Shown here: positions 27,847 to 33,335 of the stretch, in pieces
How positions within the stretch are numbered: position 1 is the stretch's first letter
How the letters are laid out: each line of letters begins with the position of its first letter
Assembly: GCA_030141605.1 (NCBI GenBank)
Contig: JAQGDQ010002444.1
Location: 1 to 33,335, forward strand
Direction of reading: 5' to 3'
Origin: Tubiluchus corallicola
Taxonomy: Eukaryota; Animalia; Priapulida
DNA: 33,335 nt
Translations under genes and position numbers: made by a program
Notes under the pieces: generated by a model
What the model saw: the letters and a program-made list of their open reading frames with translations, nothing else
Database searches by the model: none
What the model was told of the DNA's origin: nothing

Positions 27847-30480
27847 CTATTTTTTAGATTTGTATAGCTTTATTAAATCAAATACTATAATTGGTATTAT
27901 ACATAAAATAGAAATTATAAACCAGCTAACTCCATCTAATGTTACAACTTTAAAGATTTTAGATAAACTAGGTATGTTTATTATCATTATTTGAGAAATA
28001 ACGACAAATAAAATAGAGCCTAGTAAAAACTTATTACCTTTTACCCCTACTTTATAACTAGGTAGAATATTACTCCTTACATTTATAGCATGAAAGAGTT
28101 GTGAAATACCTAAAACAGTAAAGGCCATTGTTTGGCCATATGCTACAGCTTCCTCATTAGTAAAATCTATACTATTTCCTTTATAGTATATTCCAATTAA
28201 AAAACCTATTAATGATAAAGTACCTATAAGAGTTCCAGTTATAAGCATATTGATATAATCTTTTTTTTCAAATATACTCTTGCTTTTTCTAGGTGATTCA
28301 TTCATTACATTGTCCTTCACAGGATCCATTCCCAAAGCTAAAGCAGGTAATGTATCAGTTATAAGATTTATCCATAGTATATGTATGACTTGTAGTGGAT
28401 GGGCCCAGTTTAAAATACTACCTACTAAAAGAGCAAATATTTCTCCAAAATTACATGAAATCAAAAAAGAAATTGCTTTTTTGATATTTTTAAATATAAC
28501 TCTTCCAGATTCAACAGCTTCCACAATAGTAGAATAATTATCGTCTGTAAGTATTATGTCAGAAGCATTTTTAGAAACATCAGTGCCAATAATTCCCATT
28601 GCTACTCCTATATCTGCCGCTTTTAAAGAGGGGGCATCATTGACTCCGTCACCAGTCATTGCTACTACATGCCTTGCAGATTTTAGTGCTTTTATGATCT
28701 TAACTTTATGTTCAGGGGATACTCTAGCATATACAGATATATTTTTAGAAGCTCTTGCAAGCTCAATATGATCCAATTTATCAATTTCTTCTCCATTTAA
28801 AACTTCATCTCTTCCATTAGCTATCCCAAGAGTATGAGCAATTGCAAAGGCAGTATTTTTATGGTCTCCCGTTATCATAATAGGTTTTATGCCTGCTTTT
28901 TTTACTTTTTCTACAACAGATTTAACTTCTTCTCTAGGTGGGTCAATCATTCCCATTAAGCCAATAAACACTAAATTATTTTCATAATTTTTACTAGGAT
29001 CTAATTTATCAACTTCCTTGTAGGCTGCTCCTAAAACCCTATATGCTTTTGATGACATTTTTTCTTCATAGATGGTTATTTTTCTGTAATCATCTTCAGT
29101 AAACTCTCTTATTACTCCATTTTCATATATTTTATTAGAACATTTTAATATACTTTCTATTGAACCTTTTGTCATAACATAGTATTTATCTTCATACTTA
29201 TTTATAGTTGTCATTAGCTTTCTATCAGAACTGAATGGTATTTCATCAACTCTTGCATGCTTATTATTTAAATCATTTCTATTTATATTTACGTTATCTC
29301 CAGCTAAAAGAAATGCTACTTCTGTGGGATCTCCTGTTGATTTATTATCATTATATGTTGCATCGTTACACAATATGAAGTTTTCAATTAATAATTGGTG
29401 AGTATTATTTTCTAAATTAAGTTTTTCAAGTTTTTCATAACTATTATCACAATAAAACTCCATAACCGTCATTTTATTTTTAGTTAAGGTCCCTGTTTTA
29501 TCAGTGCAAATAACATCAACTGATCCAAGCGTTTCCACAGCAGATAAAGTTCTTGCTATGGCATTTTTTTTACTAAGTTTTTTCACACCAATAGCAAGAA
29601 CAACTGTTAGTGTAGTAGGTAGACCTTCTGGAATTGCAGCTACAGCAATGCTAATACTCCTCATGAAGCTTTCAATAACCTCGTAACCTCTTATAAAGTT
29701 TAGTGCAAAAATAAAGGTGGCTACTAGAACACCTATTATGCCAAGTTTTTTACTAAGGCGATCTATTCTTATTTGCATTGGAGATTTAACACCCTCTGTC
29801 TCAGAAAGAAGTTTTGCTATTTTACCAGCTTCAGTATCCATAGATGTTGAAGTAGCAATTCCAATGCCTCTACCATAAGTAGCAAAAGTAGACATATATG
29901 CCATGTTTTTTCTATCACCCAAAACAATACGTTCATCTTCTTTGAAAAACTTTTGGGCATCCTTTTCTACTGGAATAGACTCACCAGTTAACGCAGATTC
30001 ATCTACTTTTAATTCAATGGATTCAATAAGTCTCAAGTCACAAGGAATATACCTTCCTGCGTCTATTATAATGATATCCCCAGGAACTATATCTCTTGAG
30101 TCTATTTCATTAATTTTACCATTTCTTCTAACGATAGACCGAGGAGTTGATATATTTTGTAAAGCTTCAATTGCTTTTTCAGCATCCTCTTCTTGCTTAA
30201 ATCCAATATACATATTTACAATGATAACAATTAATATGATGAAACCATCTGTGACCTCACCTGTAACAAAGGATAGAAGCGATGCTATTAATAATATATA
30301 ATTAAGTATGTTATTTAATTGATCAAATACCTTTTCAATAAGAGGTCGCTTTTCTTTTGCTTTTAAAATGTTTCTCCCATATTTTTCTATGTTTTTACTG
30401 ACTTCTTTATTTGAAAGCCCAAAGTCAATATTAACTTTGAATTCTTGAAGAACTTCATTTATTTCTTTTTTATGCCACAT
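27847..30480 (-). CDS. P-type ATPase, type IIA (Ca2+/divalent cation transporting)
   Basis: TGES, PEGLP, DKTGT, MITGD, GDGVNDAP, SCNFGE, WINLITD; ATG at 30480 after GGAGG. Confidence 0.93.
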   Translation of the reverse strand: MWHKKEINEVLQEFKVNIDFGLSNKEVSKNIEKYGRNILKAKEKRPLIEKVFDQLNNILNYILLIASLLSFVTGEVTDGFIILIVIIVNMYIGFKQEEDAEKAIEALQNISTPRSIVRRNGKINEIDSRDIVPGDIIIIDAGRYIPCDLRLIESIELKVDESALTGESIPVEKDAQKFFKEDERIVLGDRKNMAYMSTFATYGRGIGIATSTSMDTEAGKIAKLLSETEGVKSPMQIRIDRLSKKLGIIGVLVATFIFALNFIRGYEVIESFMRSISIAVAAIPEGLPTTLTVVLAIGVKKLSKKNAIARTLSAVETLGSVDVICTDKTGTLTKNKMTVMEFYCDNSYEKLEKLNLENNTHQLLIENFILCNDATYNDNKSTGDPTEVAFLLAGDNVNINRNDLNNKHARVDEIPFSSDRKLMTTINKYEDKYYVMTKGSIESILKCSNKIYENGVIREFTEDDYRKITIYEEKMSSKAYRVLGAAYKEVDKLDPSKNYENNLVFIGLMGMIDPPREEVKSVVEKVKKAGIKPIMITGDHKNTAFAIAHTLGIANGRDEVLNGEEIDKLDHIELARASKNISVYARVSPEHKVKIIKALKSARHVVAMTGDGVNDAPSLKAADIGVAMGIIGTDVSKNASDIILTDDNYSTIVEAVESGRVIFKNIKKAISFLISCNFGEIFALLVGSILNWAHPLQVIHILWINLITDTLPALALGMDPVKDNVMNESPRKSKSIFEKKDYINMLITGTLIGTLSLIGFLIGIYYKGNSIDFTNEEAVAYGQTMAFTVLGISQLFHAINVRSNILPSYKVGVKGNKFLLGSILFVVISQIMIINIPSLSKIFKVVTLDGVSWFIISILCIIPIIVFDLIKLYKSKK

Positions 30481-30514
30481 GCAAACCTCCATATTCTCAG
30501 TAGTGTACTAATTG

Positions 30515-32023
30515 TTAAAATAATTTCTTGTTACATTTTTTATCTATATAAAATAACTCTTCATATAATTTAATTTTGGTTGTGCTTTCTCCATTATTTA
30601 TTATCTCATTATCTTTGTTTTCATCTTCCATGTGGTTATCTTCTAGATAATGTTCACTTTCAGTTTCATGTTTATCTACTTTTTCACTGTTCGTATTTTC
30701 TTCAGAGTTTATTATCTCATTATCTTTGTTTTCATCTTCCATGTGGTTATCTTCTAGATAATGTTCACTTTCAGTTTCATGTTTATCTACTTTTTCACTG
30801 TTCGTATTTTCTTCAGAGTTTATTATCTTATTATCTTTGTTTTCATCTTCCATGTGGTTATCTTCTAGATAATGTTCACTTTCAGTTTCATGTTTATCTA
30901 TTTTTTCACTGTTCGTATTTTCTTCAGAGCTTTTTATTTCACCATCTTTATTTTCATCTTCCATGTGGTTACCCTCTATATAATGCTCACTTTCAGTTTC
31001 ATGTTTATCTATTTTTTCACTGTTCGTATTTTCTTCAGAGCTTTTTATTTCACCATCTTTATTTTCATCTTCCATGTGGTTACCCTCTATATAATGCTCA
31101 CTTTCAGTTTCATGCTTATCTATTTTTTCACTGTTCGTATTTTCTTCAGTTTTTATTATCTCATTATATTTGAATTCGTTCATCTTTTTATCTTCTGTGT
31201 GGCTATCTTCTAAATAATTATTAGCTATAACTTCATGGTTATCGACATCTTTATTAGTTAAACTTTTTTCTTTTAACAAAACTATTTCTATAAAAGTTTG
31301 ATCGTCAATAGATATTGGGCTGATATTTTTACTTTGTAACCACTTTAGATCTTCTTCAGTTAGTTTTTCGCTATAAACAAAAAAACTTTGTGAGAATGTA
31401 TCAAGCCTTTTTTGAAAATAATCTATGAATGAAGTATTAATAGGGTTTTCTAAAGAAACACCCCAGTAAATGGTAAAGTTGTTTTGGACTTCTTTTTTCA
31501 GAGCATTCCACATAAATTCATATAACTTTAATTCTTTTATTTTTCTGTAGTTTTGAGAAGAAATTATAAATGAAAAATCGTCTTGGTTATCTCCAAAAAA
31601 TTTATAGTAATTAATTTTACCTTTTACAAATTCTCGAGTATAATAATAATTATTTAACTTACTATTGAAAATATGCTCAATAAAGTTATCATAATTTAAT
31701 GTGATGATAGAAGAAATTAAATTTGATTCCGCAAGAGAAAGATAAAAATTATCAATATTAGATAGGTGTACCTTTGTATTTTCTGCTAGAAAATTTTTTA
31801 AATATTTTCTGTCTCCAAATAGATTTTCTAAAAAAAATTGATTAACGTTAAATAAATTATTTTTATTACTTATATTTACATCTTTATTATTAGAAATAGT
31901 TTCAAAAATTGAATTGCTAAGTTCTGGTTTGGTTTTTACTCCAAACTTACATGAAAGTAATTCTCCAGTCCATAAAGTAATTCTTTTACCATCTTCAAGT
32001 TTTTTAATTAAATTATCTAACAT
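30515..32023 (-). CDS. SIR2-like (SIR2_2) domain protein with degenerate active site and acidic/His-rich repeat tail
   Basis: ITLWTG, IITLNYDNFIE, YYKFFGD, IYWGVSLEN match the SIR2_2 motif order (TTNYD, KLHG, FIGYSL); ATG at 32023 after AGGAG. Confidence 0.68.
   Translation of the reverse strand: MLDNLIKKLEDGKRITLWTGELLSCKFGVKTKPELSNSIFETISNNKDVNISNKNNLFNVNQFFLENLFGDRKYLKNFLAENTKVHLSNIDNFYLSLAESNLISSIITLNYDNFIEHIFNSKLNNYYYTREFVKGKINYYKFFGDNQDDFSFIISSQNYRKIKELKLYEFMWNALKKEVQNNFTIYWGVSLENPINTSFIDYFQKRLDTFSQSFFVYSEKLTEEDLKWLQSKNISPISIDDQTFIEIVLLKEKSLTNKDVDNHEVIANNYLEDSHTEDKKMNEFKYNEIIKTEENTNSEKIDKHETESEHYIEGNHMEDENKDGEIKSSEENTNSEKIDKHETESEHYIEGNHMEDENKDGEIKSSEENTNSEKIDKHETESEHYLEDNHMEDENKDNKIINSEENTNSEKVDKHETESEHYLEDNHMEDENKDNEIINSEENTNSEKVDKHETESEHYLEDNHMEDENKDNEIINNGESTTKIKLYEELFYIDKKCNKKLF
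30596..31166 (-). repeat. Intragenic tandem repeat, 111 bp (37 aa) x about 5
   Basis: TTCGTATTTTCTTCAG recurs at 30690, 30801, 30912, 31023 and 31134, an exact 111-nt period. Confidence 0.97.
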
Positions 32024-32079
32024 TTTATTTCTCCTAAAAATACATTTTAACATTATTAATTGGCCAAGTAAGTCAATAT

Positions 32080-32802
32080 TTAAATATCAACAGTTTCAAC
32101 TTTTGGATCTAATTGATATATCATATCCTTTCTTTCAACAATAATTTTTATTTTTTTTGAAATGTTTTCATCTTTTCTTATTTTACTAAACAACTCATTA
32201 GAAGGATTTATAGCAAACGGATTATTTACTGTACTAAGCATTGAATAATCTCCCATGGTGTCACCATAGGCATAAGATAGCTTTGTATCAATATTATATT
32301 TTTTTATAAAGTTTTTTAAAGCTTCTTTTTTATGTGTAGAATCCCACATTGGTATTGCTTCTCCTAAAAAAGTTTCGTTATCATGTAGATATGTAGATCC
32401 CATAAAATCATCTGCTCCCCACTTTTTAGCCATTCTTTCAACTAGAAAGTCAGGGCTTCCAGAAATAAAAATAACTAAATGTCCTTGAGTTTTATGCCAC
32501 TTTATTCTTTTTCTAGTAAAACGATAAACTCTATTTCCTTCTAGCTCCATTACTTTATCTGCAATAAACGAATTATAATTTATTGACAGACCCTTTATTG
32601 CATTAATATAAATGTTAGCTAGGCCTATTAAATAGTTGTCATAATCTCCTATTCTTTGATCCCATTTATTAAAATCTTCTTTTAGGTGGCTCTCCCATGC
32701 AGAAAAATCAATGACCTCGTATTTAATTAGTTTTTTGAAATGCTCTATTATTAATGAATCACGATACAAGGTGCCGTCAATATCAAAAAATGCTCCAATC
32801 AT
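32080..32802 (-). CDS. HAD-superfamily hydrolase, subfamily IB (SerB-like)
   Basis: FFDIDGT, ISGS, K, YAYGDTMGD, AINP motifs; RBS AGGAGG. Confidence 0.9.
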   Translation of the reverse strand: MIGAFFDIDGTLYRDSLIIEHFKKLIKYEVIDFSAWESHLKEDFNKWDQRIGDYDNYLIGLANIYINAIKGLSINYNSFIADKVMELEGNRVYRFTRKRIKWHKTQGHLVIFISGSPDFLVERMAKKWGADDFMGSTYLHDNETFLGEAIPMWDSTHKKEALKNFIKKYNIDTKLSYAYGDTMGDYSMLSTVNNPFAINPSNELFSKIRKDENISKKIKIIVERKDMIYQLDPKVETVDI

Positions 32803-32813
32803 TACTTAACCTC

Positions 32814-33335
32814 CTAATCTATGAGAGATGCGATGCTTGTTATATTACTTCCAACCATATTTATAGCAATCTTATTGTCCCCTCCACGAGGTATTATTAT
32901 ATCTGCATACCTTTTAGATGGCTCTACAAATTCAAGGTACATAGGCTTTACAGTTTCTAAATATTGATTTTTTACAGATTCAAAGGTTCGGCTTCTTTTA
33001 TTAATATCTCTTTCTATACGCCTTAATAATCTTTCGTCATCATCAGTGTCAACAAATATTTTCATATCAAATCTTTTCCTTAACTTAGGGATTGCGAAAA
33101 TAAGTATTCCTTCTACAACAATAACCTTTGCTGATTCAATAACCTCTACTTCTTTTTTTCTCATATGTTTTGTAAAATCATATATTGGTTTTTCTATAGT
33201 TTTTCCTTCATAAAGATCATCAATATGCTTTATCAAAAGATCAAAGTCTATTGAGTCAGGGTGATCAAAATTAATCTTAGTTCTTTCCTCTAAGGAATAA
33301 TGATTTAAATTTTTATAGTACGCATCTTGTTCTAT
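32814..33335 (-). CDS. udk: Uridine kinase, 5'-truncated by the window edge
   Basis: The frame is open to the window end: IEQDAYYK...INFDHPDSIDF, PIYDF, VEGIL, FVDTDDDERLLRRIERD, FVEPSKRYADIIIP. Confidence 0.95.
   Translation of the reverse strand: MEQDAYYKNLNHYSLEERTKINFDHPDSIDFDLLIKHIDDLYEGKTIEKPIYDFTKHMRKKEVEVIESAKVIVVEGILIFAIPKLRKRFDMKIFVDTDDDERLLRRIERDINKRSRTFESVKNQYLETVKPMYLEFVEPSKRYADIIIPRGGDNKIAINMVGSNITSIASLID

Noticed and set aside
30596-31166. Repeat array as a CRISPR
   Set aside because: The units are contiguous 111-bp copies with no unique spacers, in frame within a CDS, and no cas genes are present.
30580-31213. Plus-strand repetitive ORFs of 197 and 113 aa
   Set aside because: They are antisense shadows of the tandem repeat in the SIR2-like gene and have no RBS.
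2763-32960. Other short antisense ORFs overlapping murA, the bat genes, trxB, htrA, the ATPase and udk
   Set aside because: They lie opposite well-supported genes and have no motifs or RBS.

Overview
Very AT-rich bacterial chromosomal window. The gene content suggests an anaerobe, possibly Fusobacteriota; this is inferred, not verified. Left part: a tsaD-DUF1694-murA-rlmB operon, a stand-alone tRNA-Sec, a DUF333 lipoprotein, and a MoxR/DUF58/BatA-D (Bat-type) cluster. That cluster runs directly into a 1167-aa DUF4011/SF1 helicase lacking the usual C-terminal nuclease domain. Middle (about 15.8-23.3 kb): a decayed accessory island downstream of tRNA-Leu(CAA). It holds an intact DUF3800 gene, a broken IS3, two IS30 remnants, a plasmid-like rep/tyrosine-recombinase relic, a frameshifted YfcC/ArcD-type transporter and phage-like fragments. 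Right part (minus strand): partial udk, a HAD hydrolase, a degenerate SIR2-like protein with five 111-bp tandem repeats, a P-type IIA ATPase, a radical SAM protein, CIRCE-preceded hsp20, an HtrA lipoprotein and a TrxB-like reductase. No CRISPR array or rRNA was seen. The best candidates for novelty are the nuclease-less helicase facing DUF3800 and the SIR2-like His/acidic repeat protein. Both are hypotheses from motif reading alone; no database search was possible.
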